Shown here: positions 32,607 to 42,806 of the stretch, in pieces
Position numbering within the stretch: position 1 is the first letter of the stretch
How the letters are laid out: each line of letters starts with the position of its first letter
Notes under the pieces: generated by a model
What the model saw: the letters and a program-made list of their open reading frames with translations, nothing else
The model's database searches: none
What the model was told of the DNA's origin: nothing
Assembly: GCA_963787025.1 (NCBI GenBank)
Contig: CAWBBG010000015.1
Coordinates: 32,990 to 96,989 of the forward strand
DNA length: 64,000 bases
Source of the DNA: an uncultured Chloroflexia bacterium
GTDB taxonomy: Bacteria > Chloroflexota > Limnocylindria > QHBO01
Reading direction: 5' to 3'
Made by a program: the position numbers and the translations under genes

Positions 32607-33766
32607 ATGCAGCGCATCGTGATTGTCGGCGGCGGGGTCGGCGGCACGCTGATCGCGAACCTGCTCGCCCGGGAGCTGGGCCGGCAGATCGACCGCGGCG
32701 AGGTCAACATGACCGTGGTCGACCGGAGGGCGAGCACGTCTACCAGCCCGGGTTCATGTACATCGCCATGGGGAACCAGAAGCCGGAGGGCCTGGTCCGT
32801 TCCGAGCGCGCGCTGCTCGACAAGCGGGTCCACCTCGAGGTGGGCGAGGTAACCCGTATCGACGACTGAAGGTCAGCTCGTGGAGCTGGCCGGCGGGAGC
32901 GGGTCGAGTACGACCAGCTGGTCCTGGCCAGCGGGTCGCGCATCGTTCCGGAGCTGGTCCCCGGGCTCGCCGAGGAGGCGCATCACTTCTACGGCGCCGA
33001 GGCGGCGCAGCGCTGCGCGACGCCCTCGACGCGTTCACCGGTGGGAAGATCGTGATCGGGATCGCGGGCATGCCCTACAAGTGCCCGCCGGCACCGCTGG
33101 AGGTCTCGTTCCTGATCGAGTCGGAGCTCCGCGAGCGCGGGCTGCGCGAGAAGAGCGAGATCCACTTCTGCTCGCCCATCGGTCGTGCGTTCACCATCGA
33201 GAGCGTGAGCGAGATGGCCACCCCCATCCTCGCCGAGAAGGGCATCGAGCTGCACACCTTCTTCAACGTCGAGTCCATCGACCGCGAGGCGAAGAAGGTG
33301 ATCAGCCTCGAGGGCGAGGAGCTGCCGTACGACCTGCTGATCCTGGTGCCGCCGCACCGCGGCGCGCAGTTCCTGATCGACTCGGGGCTGGCGCCGGCGC
33401 CCGGCGGCTGGCTCCCGACCGACAAGCACACCCTCGAGGTCGGTGGTCGAGCCCAACGTCCACGCCCTGGGCGACGCCACCGATCTGCCGCTCTCGAAGG
33501 CCGGATCGACCGCGCACTTCGAGGCGCCCATCGTGGCGGAGCGCATCGCCGCGGCCATCACCGGCCGCGAGCCGGCACGAGCAAGAAGGGCCGACTACAC
33601 CGGGAAGGTGATGTGCTTCTTCGAGGTGGGCGACGGCAAGGGAACGCTGCTCCAGTTCGACTACGACCATCCACCCAAGCCGCCGACGCCGAATCGGCTC
33701 TGGCACCTGGGCAAGATCGTCTTCAACAAGACGTATTGGCACACGGTTCCGAAGGGGCGCGTCTGA
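32607..33766 (+). pseudogene. sulfide:quinone oxidoreductase-like FAD-dependent oxidoreductase, at least five apparent frameshifts
   Basis: MQRIVIVGGGVGGTLIANLLAREL (Rossmann). Then EGEHVYQPGFMYIAMGNQKPEGL.., EGQLVELAGGSG, VEYDQLVLASGSRIVPE.., GKIVIGIAGMPYKCPPAPLEVSFL..DKHTLEV and VEPNVHALGDATDLPLSKAGSTAHFEA..YWHTVPKGRV* are distributed over all three frames. Confidence 0.75.
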
Positions 33767-33875
33767 CCAACCAGCCGTCGCCGCAGCGGCGACGGACCTC
33801 GGCGCCATCCTCGACGCCCGTGTCGCCCGGCCTGCAGGGTCGTGGTCGGCGCGGGCGTCGCCCGTGGTCGCGGGA

Positions 33876-34882
33876 TCAGCGATGGTCCGGGAGCAGGACG
33901 GCGGCGCCGGCACCGATCCGGCCGGACTCGAGGTCGGCGAGCGCCGTTGACGCCCGGTCGAGCGGGTACGCCGTCGGGTTCGTGGCGATCCCGATCTCGC
34001 CGGCGATCTGCAGGAACTCGCGGGCGTCGGCCCGGGTGACGTTGGCGACCGACACGATGCCCCGCTCCCACCACAGGTCGTCGTAGTCGAAGGCGGGGAT
34101 GCCGTCGAGGTGAATGGCGTTGATGGCCACGCGTTGCGCCACGGTCGAGCGCCCGCAGTGCGTCGAGCACCACGGATCCAACCGGGGCGAAGGTCACCGC
34201 CGCGTCGAGCGGCACCGGTGGGCGCTCGCCGGAGTCGCCGGCCCAGACGGCTCCCATGGCCAGGGCCCGGCGGCGGTCCTCCGCTGAGCGGCTCACCGCA
34301 TAGACCTCGCAGTCCCAGTGGCGCGCGACCTGGATGGCGAGCGAGGCGGACGCACCGAAGCCGTACAGGCCCAGGCGGCCTCCCGGACGGATGCCCGACC
34401 GCCGGAGCGCCCGGTAGCCGATCACCCCGCCGCAGAGCAGCGGAGCCAGCGCGACGGGATCGCCGGTGGGCAGGCGCGCCGCAAAGTCGGCCCGCAGCAC
34501 CATCTGCTCCGCGTAGCCGCCGTCGGTGTCCCAGCCGGTGAACCGCGCGTTGGGGCACAGGTTCTCGCGTCCACTCTCGCAGTAGCCGCACCGCCCGCAG
34601 GACTCCGCGAGCCAGAACGCGCCGGCGACGTCGCCCTCCACCCAACCGTCCACGCCGGGGCCGACGGCGACCACCTGTCCCACGACCTGGTGGCCGGGAA
34701 TCACCGGGAGGCGCCGCGCCGGCAGGTCGCCGCGCACCAGCTGCAGATCGGTCCGGCAGCAGGCGCAGGCCAGGACCGAGATCACGATCTCGCCGTGACC
34801 CGGCTCCGGCGTCGGGACGGGCAGCCGCCTCGACGGGCGGCTCGCCCTGGGCGGCGGGGTGGGTGAGGATCTGGGCTTGCAT
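33876..34882 (-). pseudogene. zinc-type alcohol dehydrogenase family protein, two apparent frameshifts (about 34826 and 34132)
   Basis: MQAQILTHPAAQGEPPVEA, LPVPTPEPGHGEIVISVLACACCRTDLQL..PGHQVVG..CGRCGYCESGRENLC..LLCGGVIGYRAL..LDALRALDRG and VAINAIHLDGIPAFDYDDLWWERGIVS..GAAVLLPDHR* lie in different frames. Confidence 0.75.
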
Positions 34883-34899
34883 GGGTGCCTCCGCGCGCT

Positions 34900-36947
34900 C
34901 TACGGCTGGCGGCGAGTGGGCAGGTGGTACGGGACGTCGGCCACGATCGTGTTGTGGCGCGCAAAGAGCCGCAGCTTCAGCCGCAGGGCGGTCTGGTTGT
35001 GCAGGAAGTTCTCCCACCAATGGCGAGGGACGAATTCGGAGAGGACCACCAGGATCGGTCGGGTGGGGTCCTGCTTCTGAGAGTGCGTCCATGTAGGCGA
35101 GCAGGGGACCGATGAGCGCCCGGTACGGCGACTCGACCACGACGAGCTCGGTCGCCCCCGCCCACGCTGGCCAGCGCTCGCGGAGGGCGGCGGCGGTCGC
35201 GGGATCGTTCGTGACGTGCACGGCGGTCGGATGGTCCGAGATGGAGTTTGCGAAGGCGATTGCCTGGCGTGCCGGGCGGTCGAGGCGGGCGATGGGCACG
35301 ATCACGATCGGCTCGGTCGCCACCTCGCGGCCATCCGGGATTCGATCGAGCTCGAGGGCATCGCCGATCCCGCGGTAGTGGTGGCGGATGCCGAGCATGA
35401 TCGTGATCAGGATCGGGGCCATCACGATGACGAGCCAGGCTCCCGAGAGGAACTTCGTGGAAGCCACGATCAGGGCGATCACGCCGGTCGTGGCGGCGCC
35501 CAGGCCGTTGATCAGCAGGCCACGGCGCCAGCCGGGGTCGCGGCGCCGCCACCATCGGACCACCATCCCGCTCTGGGACAGGGTGAAGGCCACGAAGACC
35601 CCGAGCGTGTAGAGCGGAATGAGCGCGGTGACGCTGGCCTGGAACACGATGAGCAGCAGGGTCGCCAGGCCCGAGAGGGCAACGATGCCGGTGGTGAACG
35701 CGAGGCGCTCCCCTCGGAAGCCGAACTGGCGCGGCATGAACCCGTCGCGGGCGAGGAACGAGGCGAGGCGCGGGAAGTCCGCGAAGCTCGTGTTCGCGGC
35801 CAGGGCCAGGATCAGGGTCGTCGCCACCTGGAGCACGACGAGGTACGGACCGTCTCCCATCACCTGGCGGGTGATGAGCGAGAGGACCGTGCTGTGCTCC
35901 GATGGATCCGGCACGACGTGGATATAGCTGCCCAGGAAGCTGATCCCCACGAAGAGGCTGCCGAAGATGATCGCGGCCCAGGTGAGCGTGGTTCGCGCGT
36001 TCCGCCACTCCGGCGACTTGAAGGCCGGCACGCCGTCGGAGATAGCTTCGACACCGGTGAGGGCCGCCGCGCCGGAGCTGAACGCGCGAAGGACGAGGAA
36101 GAGCGTGAGGACCGACGTCGCCTCCTCCGCCTTGAGCCAGCCCGCCGGGGCCACGAACGTCCCCAGGTCGCCCAGGACGAAGGCGCGGAAGAGTCCCCAT
36201 CCGATGAGGCCCACGATGGTGGCGATGTACAGGTACGTGGGCGCCATGAAGATGCGTGCCGGACTCGCGGATCCCGCGCAGGTTGCCGAGCATGAGGAGC
36301 GCGACGATGCCGATGGCGATCAGGACCCGATCCGGAAACAGCGAGGGCGCGATGGAGGTGATGGCCGCGACCCCTGCGGAGACCGACACCGCCACCGTCA
36401 GGACGTAGTCGATGAGGAGCGCCGAGGCGGCCACCAGTCCCGAGACGGCCCCCAGGTTGTCGCTCGCCACGATGTAGCTCGAGGCGCCCTCGGGATAGGC
36501 CTTGATCGTCTGCCGGTAGCTGGTTGCGACGATGGCCAGGATGGCCGCGATGACCAGCGTGATGGGCATGACCAGGCTGAAGCTGGTGATCCCGGCCAGC
36601 ACCAGGATCCGCATCATCTCCTCGGTGGCGTATGCGGAGGAGCTGATGTTGTCGGAGCTGAAGATGGCGAGCGCCTTGAGCTTGGTCAGTCGCTCGGTGT
36701 GCTCGCGGTGCGTCGAGATCGGTCGGCCGATGAGTGCGGTCCGCAGGCCGCGCGCGATCCGGCTCGGCAGGCCGGCACGCTGGAGGAAGGTCCGCTCGGT
36801 CGCGATCAGGCCGCCGTCGCCGCGCTCGAACTCCTCTTCGAAGGGCCGAACGATGCGGACGTAGGTATCGCCGGGGCGTGCGCCGCGACGCCGCTCGCGG
36901 ACCTCCAGGAGCGGGTCGATCGGTCGCGGGGGATCGGTGTCAGTCAC
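34900..36947 (-). pseudogene. APC-superfamily permease (about 680 aa type with cytoplasmic C-terminal domain), two apparent frameshifts (about 36255 and 35074)
   Basis: N-terminal part in ORF 34977..36947, up to LRGIRESG. Core in ORF 33302..36247 (MAPTYLYIATIVG..). The C-terminal end ILVVLSEFVPRHWWENFLHNQTALRLKLRLF..YHLPTRRQP* is in a third frame. Confidence 0.7.
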
Positions 36948-36953
36948 GAATGC

Positions 36954-39060
36954 TCATCGAGGACGAGGCGCGGGATCCGTCCCGCCTCCCGGAGGGAGGT
37001 GGTAGGGGATGTCCGCGACGATCGTGTTGCGACGGAAGAAGAGACGAAGCTTCAGACGCAGGGTCGTCTGGTTGTGCAGGAGATTCTCCCACCAGCGGCG
37101 CGGCACGACCTCGGAAAGTACCACCAGGACCGGTCGATCGGGATCCTGGCGGTCCAGGGCGTCGAGATAGGAGAGGAGCGGGCCCACCAGCGCGCGGTAT
37201 GGCGACTCGACGACCACCAGGCGGGTCTTGCCCGCCCAGTCCGGCCAGCGGGCTCGCAGCTCGGCCGCGTCCTCCGGATCGTTGGTGATGTGGACCGCCA
37301 CCGCGTCGTCGGAGATGGAGTTGGCGAAGGCGATGGCCTGCCGCGCCGGGGCGTCAAGGCGGGCGATGGGCACCACCACGGTCGGCGCGACGGCCACCTC
37401 GGCTCCCTCTGCGATCTTCGCCACCGTCACGGAGCGCTGCAGGTGCTGGTAGTGACGCCGGATGCTCATGAGCAGGGCCATGAGCAACGGGACCAGGATC
37501 ACCACCACCCAGGCGCCAGCGGTGAAGTTGCTGACGCCAACCACCATGGCCACCACCGCGGTGGTGGCCGCCCCCAGGCCGTTGATGGCCATGCCGCGGC
37601 GCCACCCGGGCTCGTGGCGGCGGTACCAGCGGATGAACATGCCGCCCTGCGAGAGGGTGAAGGCGATGAACACGCCCAGCGTGTACAGGGGGATCAGGCC
37701 GCTGACGCTCGCGTCGAAGAGCCAGAGGAGAAAGATCGCCATGGCCGCCAGGGCCACGATCCCGGTGGTGAACGCCAGCCGCTCCCCGCGGAAGGCGAAC
37801 TGGCGCGGCATGAAGCCGTCGCGTGCCAGGAACGAGGAGAGGCGCGGGAAGTCGGCGAAGCTCGTGTTGGCCGCGAGCGCCAGCAACAGCGCGGTGGAGA
37901 CCTGCGCCAGGATCAGGACGGGACCGTCCCCGGCGAGGTGCCGGACCAGCTGGCTCAGCACCGTGACCTCCTCGTTGGGGTCGGGGATGATGCCGATCTT
38001 CGTCACCAGGAAGGCGATCCCCACGAACAGGACGGCGAAGATCGAGGTCGCCCAGGTCAGGGTCGTCCGCGCGTTCCGCCATTCCGGTGCCTGGAAGGCC
38101 GGCACCCCGTCGGAGATGGCTTCCACTCCGGTGAGCGCCACGGCGCCCTGGGAGAAGGCACGCAGGATGACGAAGAGCCCCAGGGCGCTGCCACTGGAGG
38201 CGAAGGTCGCCTCCCAGGCTGCCGGCGGAACGTACGTCGGCAGGTCGCCGGAGACCACGCGCCACAGGCCGTAGACGATGAGGGACAGCATCACCGCCCA
38301 GGTACAGGTAGGTGGGCGCCATGAAGATCGACCCTGACTCGCGGATGCCCCGCAGGTTCCCGACCGTCAGCAGCGCCACGAAGCCAATGGTCAGCTCCAC
38401 CTTGATCGGGAAGAGCGACGGCATGATCGAGGTCATCGCCGCCACACCTGCGGAGATGGAGACGGCGACGGTGACGACGTACCCGATGAGGAGGGCCGCC
38501 GCGGCCAGCACGCCCAAACGGTCGCCCAGGTTGTCGCTGGCCACGATGTAGCTGCTGGCGCCCTTGGGGTAGGCGCGGATCGTCTGGCGGTACGACGCGG
38601 TGACGATGGCCAGCATCAGGACGATCAGGCCGGCCAGGGGGAGGGTCAGGCTCAGGGCGCCCACGCTGGCGTAGGCGATCACCCGCATGATCTCCTCGGG
38701 ACCGTAGGCGGACGAGCTGATGTTGTCCGAGCTGAAGATGGCGAGCGCCTTGAGCTTGGTCAGTCGCTCGGTGTGCTCGTGCCTGGAGCTGATCGGCCGG
38801 CCGATCAGGACGGTGCGGATGGCGCGCAGCGTGGCGGTCCAGCCCGTGCGGCCCAGCACCGTCCGCTCGGACGCGACGAGGTGGCCTTCCTCCCCGCGCC
38901 CGAACTCGTCCTCGAACGGGCGCACGATCTTCACCCTGCGGTCGCCGGGCCGCTTCCCCAGGTGTGTCTCGCGCACCTCGAGGAAGGGATCCACCTTTCG
39001 GGAGCCCTCCCCATTCGGGCGTTCGGAATTCGGGCGTTCGTTGTTCTTGCGGGCGGTCAT
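36954..39060 (-). pseudogene. APC-superfamily permease, tandem paralogue of 34900-36947, one apparent frameshift (about 38295)
   Basis: ORF 37354..39060 (..LRGIRESGSIFMAPTYLYLG) continues in ORF 36954..38294 (VMLSLIVYGLW..VLVVLSEVVPRRWWENLLHNQTTLRLKLRLF..). Confidence 0.7.
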
Positions 39061-39258
39061 GCGGTCGCCTATTACAGCACGACGGGCCGGACCACGATTC
39101 GCTCACGCGGCGGACGCGCCGTTGCCCCGCGCTTTGGCGCCGCGCTCGGGCTCAGTGCTGCCCGGGGGTTCCTCGGGCCGCGCAGATGCGCTGTTCGGTC
39201 GTGCGACGCCCACGCTCGAACTCCTTGACCAGGCCGACCGCCTCGATCGCCGGGGCGG

Positions 39259-40575
39259 TCACGTCGACTCGACCATGCGGTCCGGGATGCCCCAGGCGAT
39301 ACCCGCCACGGTCGCCGCCACCATGATCGCGCCGGCGACGGCGAACATGGCCGAGATGGCACCGAAGTCGATGGTCGCGCCGGCGAGGGCCAGCGATACC
39401 GGGGCCAGGCTGACGGAACCGAAGGACACCAGGCTCATGACCCGCCCGAGCATGGGCCCGGGTACGCGGCCCTGGATCCAGGCGATGACCCGGACATTGA
39501 TGAAGCCGATCCCGACGCCCATGGTGACCAGGATCAGCAGGGTGGAGAGCATGCTGGGAGCCACCCCGATGCCCGCGAGGCCCACGCCCATGGCCAGGGA
39601 GACCCCCATGGTGACCCAGCCCAGGTTCGGAACGTGCCGGATCGAGCCGGCCATCACGGCGCCCAGCAGGGCGCCTGCGCCCCAGGACGAGAGGAGGATG
39701 CCGAAGTCGGCCGATCCGCCGAAGCGGTTGTCGGCGATCCAGGCGATCCCCACGTTGACCGGTCCGGTGAAGGCGAAGTTGAACGCTGCGATGAGCACCA
39801 GGAGCGAGCGGATCGCGGGATCCCGCCAGGCATAGGCGACGCCCTCACCGATGGTCGTCAGCAGCGAGGGCCCCTCGTCCGTGACGCCGGGGTCCGTGAC
39901 GGGTGCGGCTTGTCGGCGACCGCCGCGGACGGCCACCAGCACCGTGGCCGCCACGGCGAACGAGATCGCGTCCACGGCGAAGGCCGGTCCGGTCTGCACC
40001 GCCGCGATGACGAGGCCGGCGAGGGCCGGTCCGATGAGACCGGTCAGCTGCTGGGTGCCCTGCATCAGCGCGTTCGCGGCGGGCAGGTGCGTCTCGGAGA
40101 CCAGCATCGGCACAATCGTGTTGAGCGCTGGATAGAAGAAGGCGTCCACCAGGCCGAAGATGGCGGCCAGGACGTAGAGATGCCATAGCTGAGCGTTGCC
40201 GCTGATAACGAGCGCGGCAAGGACGCCGACCACGACGGCGCGGATGGCGTTCGAGGTCAGCATCAGGTTGCGCGGGGAGAACCGATCGCTGAGAGCGCCG
40301 CCGAGCAGCATGAAGACCGCGCGGGGGATGGCCGCTGTCATCAGGACGGTGCCCAGAGCTAGGCCCGACCCGGTCAGCTGGAGCGCCAGCCACGCGAGCG
40401 CCACGAAGTGGAACTGGTCGCCCAGGAGCGAGACGGTCTCTCCGGAGAAGATGAGGCGGAAGTCGCGGGTGCGGAGCGGCCGCACCAGCCTTGGGCCCGA
40501 TTCGTCGCGCTGGGTGCTTGCGGATGTCGCGCGGTTCTTGGCCTCCGCCGGGGAGGTCGCGGTCTCTGCCTGCAT
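39259..40575 (-). CDS. MFS transporter
   Basis: Start at ATG 40575 (MQAET), which avoids overlap with the upstream stop at 40580. FRLIFSGETVSLLGDQFHFVALAWL, GGALSDRFSPR. About 12 TM segments. Confidence 0.8.
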   Translation of the reverse strand: MQAETATSPAEAKNRATSASTQRDESGPRLVRPLRTRDFRLIFSGETVSLLGDQFHFVALAWLALQLTGSGLALGTVLMTAAIPRAVFMLLGGALSDRFSPRNLMLTSNAIRAVVVGVLAALVISGNAQLWHLYVLAAIFGLVDAFFYPALNTIVPMLVSETHLPAANALMQGTQQLTGLIGPALAGLVIAAVQTGPAFAVDAISFAVAATVLVAVRGGRRQAAPVTDPGVTDEGPSLLTTIGEGVAYAWRDPAIRSLLVLIAAFNFAFTGPVNVGIAWIADNRFGGSADFGILLSSWGAGALLGAVMAGSIRHVPNLGWVTMGVSLAMGVGLAGIGVAPSMLSTLLILVTMGVGIGFINVRVIAWIQGRVPGPMLGRVMSLVSFGSVSLAPVSLALAGATIDFGAISAMFAVAGAIMVAATVAGIAWGIPDRMVEST

Positions 40576-40579
40576 CTCG

Positions 40580-41011
40580 TCACTCCACTGTGATGAGGAC
40601 GCCGTCGCCGTCCTCGTCTTCAACGTCGACGATGGGACCCCTCACGTGGGCCGCGATCGCCTGGCGAATCTGGTCGCCCCGGTCCGAGGTGATCCCCGGG
40701 ACCATGCGCAAGGCCATGTCGGCGAAGGCGATGGGGATGCGCATGTTCACGACCTGTCTGCCGTGCTCGAGAACGCGGATCCGCATCTGGCGGCCCTCGC
40801 CGCCGGCCGCAGCAGCGCTCGCCGCCTCGCGGTGCTCCGCAGACGCCGGTTCGTCAGCGTGGCCGTGCTCCGGGTGGCCGCCCGGCTGGAGACCGGATGG
40901 GGTGCTGCCATCCGGAGCACGGCTGAGGGCCTCGATGATCGGGGCAGCCTCCTCGGGGGAGAGCGTGCCGTCCGAGACGAGGCGAAGAATGGTCGAGAGT
41001 TCGTCACGCAT
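40580..41011 (-). CDS. SHOCT-like/LiaX-N-like small protein (third gene of the DUF2089 operon)
   Basis: MRDELSTILRLVSDGTLSPEEAAPIIEAL. 8-nt overlap with the upstream gene. Confidence 0.5.
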   Translation of the reverse strand: MRDELSTILRLVSDGTLSPEEAAPIIEALSRAPDGSTPSGLQPGGHPEHGHADEPASAEHREAASAAAAGGEGRQMRIRVLEHGRQVVNMRIPIAFADMALRMVPGITSDRGDQIRQAIAAHVRGPIVDVEDEDGDGVLITVE

Positions 41012-41990
41012 TGCCCTGTCCTCCGCCGAGGCGGCGGGCCGCCTCGTCCACGTCGATCTCACCGCGTTCCAGCGCGCGCAGGATCTGCATCGAGTCTTCC
41101 TCGCTCGCCTGGACCGCGGGCTTCGCGGGTGGTGGTGCGGTCGCGGGCCGCGGTTCGAGCCGCCTGGGCCGTCGGACGACGACGTCACCCGACATGGAGC
41201 TGAAGACGAACCGCGGGGTACCGTCGCCGATGATGGCGCGTCGCCGATCGCTGCTGCCCTCGAGCCGATGGTCGACTTCGACATGGATGTCGCTCGAGAT
41301 CCCACGGAGCTCGATGGTGGCGCCGCCCAGCAGGCCGATGGCGAGATCGCCGCTCACCGATTCCGCCTGGAAGTGGCCCGTGCGGTCCAGTGCCGCCTCG
41401 AGCTCCATATCGCCGCTCACCGTGTTCAGATACGCCTCGCGCAGGAGCGGCGTGATCACCGAGAGGTCGCCCGATACGGTCTGGCCGCGAAGCGAGAGCG
41501 GCTCCGGGGCCCGCAGACTCGCGTCGCCGGAGACCGTGGTCACGTGGGCGCTGCCGCCGAGGTCGGTGGCATAGATGTCGCCGGAAACCATCGTGTATCG
41601 CTGCGCTCCGCGAAGTCCCTCGACCACGAGGTCTCCAGAAACGCCCTCGATCCGCACCTCCGCGTCGCGCGGCGCGGACCCCTCCACCGAAAGGCCGGTA
41701 TGGCCGCGACCGGAGACGAGCCGTCGGATGGCGGATCCCAGATCACCGCGCCCGCTGACGTCGGCAATCTCGACGAAGCCGTCACCCTCGGTGACCTGCA
41801 GGCGAGCGGCCGCGAAGGCGCTGTCGGCCTCCTCCTCGGACCCCGCACGGATCTCGAAGGTCGCACGCAGACGGACCTCGTCGCCGCCGGCGGCACGCAG
41901 GCGCACGTCGGCATCGGTCACCCGCAGGTGCAGGCGCCCCGTGGCACCAACACGGTGGATGATCTCCTGCTGTCGGATGAACGTGGGCAT
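41004..41990 (-). CDS. DUF4097-type (putative adhesin/LiaG-like) beta-repeat protein with C-terminal SHOCT-like tail
   Basis: Reiterated xVSGDhxh motifs (VSGDLVV, VSGDIYA, VSGDASL, VSGDLSV, VSGDMEL, VSGDLAI, MSGDVVV). Tail ILRALERGEIDVDEAARRL. Confidence 0.65.
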   Translation of the reverse strand: MPTFIRQQEIIHRVGATGRLHLRVTDADVRLRAAGGDEVRLRATFEIRAGSEEEADSAFAAARLQVTEGDGFVEIADVSGRGDLGSAIRRLVSGRGHTGLSVEGSAPRDAEVRIEGVSGDLVVEGLRGAQRYTMVSGDIYATDLGGSAHVTTVSGDASLRAPEPLSLRGQTVSGDLSVITPLLREAYLNTVSGDMELEAALDRTGHFQAESVSGDLAIGLLGGATIELRGISSDIHVEVDHRLEGSSDRRRAIIGDGTPRFVFSSMSGDVVVRRPRRLEPRPATAPPPAKPAVQASEEDSMQILRALERGEIDVDEAARRLGGGQGNA

Positions 41991-41994
41991 GGTC

Positions 41995-42444
41995 TCAGCT
42001 CCTACCGAGATTTCGCAGCTCGGCGGCCGCCTCATCGGCGGACAGCTCCTTGTTCTTCAGGCGTTCGAGGATGGCGCGGCGCTCCGCGGCGAGCGGATCC
42101 TCGGTCGGCGCGGTCTCTGCAGGCTCGACGTCGGCCACGGTGGCGCGCTCGTCATCAGGATCGACGACCCCATCGCCTTCCGCCAGGCCAATGGTGCGCA
42201 GCAGCGCCTCGAGGCGGTTGCGCACGGTGGGGTAGGAGATCCCCAGCTCGCGCTCCATCTCCTTGAGGTTGCCGCGGGAGCGCAGGAAGCTCTCGAGGAA
42301 GGAGAGCTGCTCGCGGCCCAGCCGGCCGAAGCGGCCGACGCCGAAGTCACCCTCCAGCGCCGTCCCGCAGCTGCGGCAGTGGAGCCGGGCGATGGTGAGC
42401 TCTCCCTGGCAGACGGGGCAGGTCGAGATGACATCGTGTGCCAT
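41995..42444 (-). CDS. DUF2089-type protein (N-terminal zinc ribbon plus HTH)
   Basis: CPVCQGEL..CRSCG. LSFLESFLRSRGNLKEMERELGISYPTVRNRLEALL. C-terminal LKNKELSADEAAAELRNL. Confidence 0.7.
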   Translation of the reverse strand: MAHDVISTCPVCQGELTIARLHCRSCGTALEGDFGVGRFGRLGREQLSFLESFLRSRGNLKEMERELGISYPTVRNRLEALLRTIGLAEGDGVVDPDDERATVADVEPAETAPTEDPLAAERRAILERLKNKELSADEAAAELRNLGRS

Positions 42445-42590
42445 CAGCGTGCGCTCCCGCTCCGGTTGGTGCGGCGGCCAGCCAGCTGGAACACGCGCTT
42501 CGTGCCCCGCGCGGCCACGGCCTGGTGGCGTGCCTGGCGCAGCCGATCCTCGGCGGCCATCTGTGCGTAGTGCAGGCGATAATCCAGCAT
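42444..42590 (-). CDS. small ORF (48 aa) leading the DUF2089 operon
   Basis: GGAG lies 7 nt upstream of ATG 42590. The TGA overlaps the ATG of the next gene (ATGA). MLDYRLHYAQMAAEDRLRQARHQAVAARGTKRVFQLAGRR.. Not in the track because it is shorter than 60 aa. Confidence 0.4.
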   Translation of the reverse strand: MLDYRLHYAQMAAEDRLRQARHQAVAARGTKRVFQLAGRRTNRSGSAR

Positions 42591-42604
42591 TGGTGAGCTC
42601 CTTG

Positions 42605-42622
42605 TCGAGAATAGGTTCTCGA
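42605..42622. promoter_or_regulatory. perfect inverted repeat TCGAGAA-TAGG-TTCTCGA in the AT-rich divergent intergenic region
   Basis: Read directly. Lies 15 nt upstream of the small ORF start. Confidence 0.4.
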
Positions 42623-42806
42623 GTGCTGCTTTATTGATGTGCTGACGGCATTCTAGTTATTCGGCGGGTTGGTGTCAAGGACCACATTGTAAAATTAGTA
42701 ATGGCACTTGCTAAATCGTAATATGCGAGTGGACGTTGCTTACCCGCGTGGCCATCTGCGTCGCTTTGGCGATGCCGGCACCGGTGCGCTAGGATCGCCG
42801 TGCGCC

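Noticed and set aside
33302-36247. 981-aa minus-strand ORF read as one protein
   Set aside because: It is a composite. Only its first ~400 residues are real (the APC permease core). The rest reads through the permease C-terminal frameshift, the intergenic region and wrong frames of the ADH and SQR genes.
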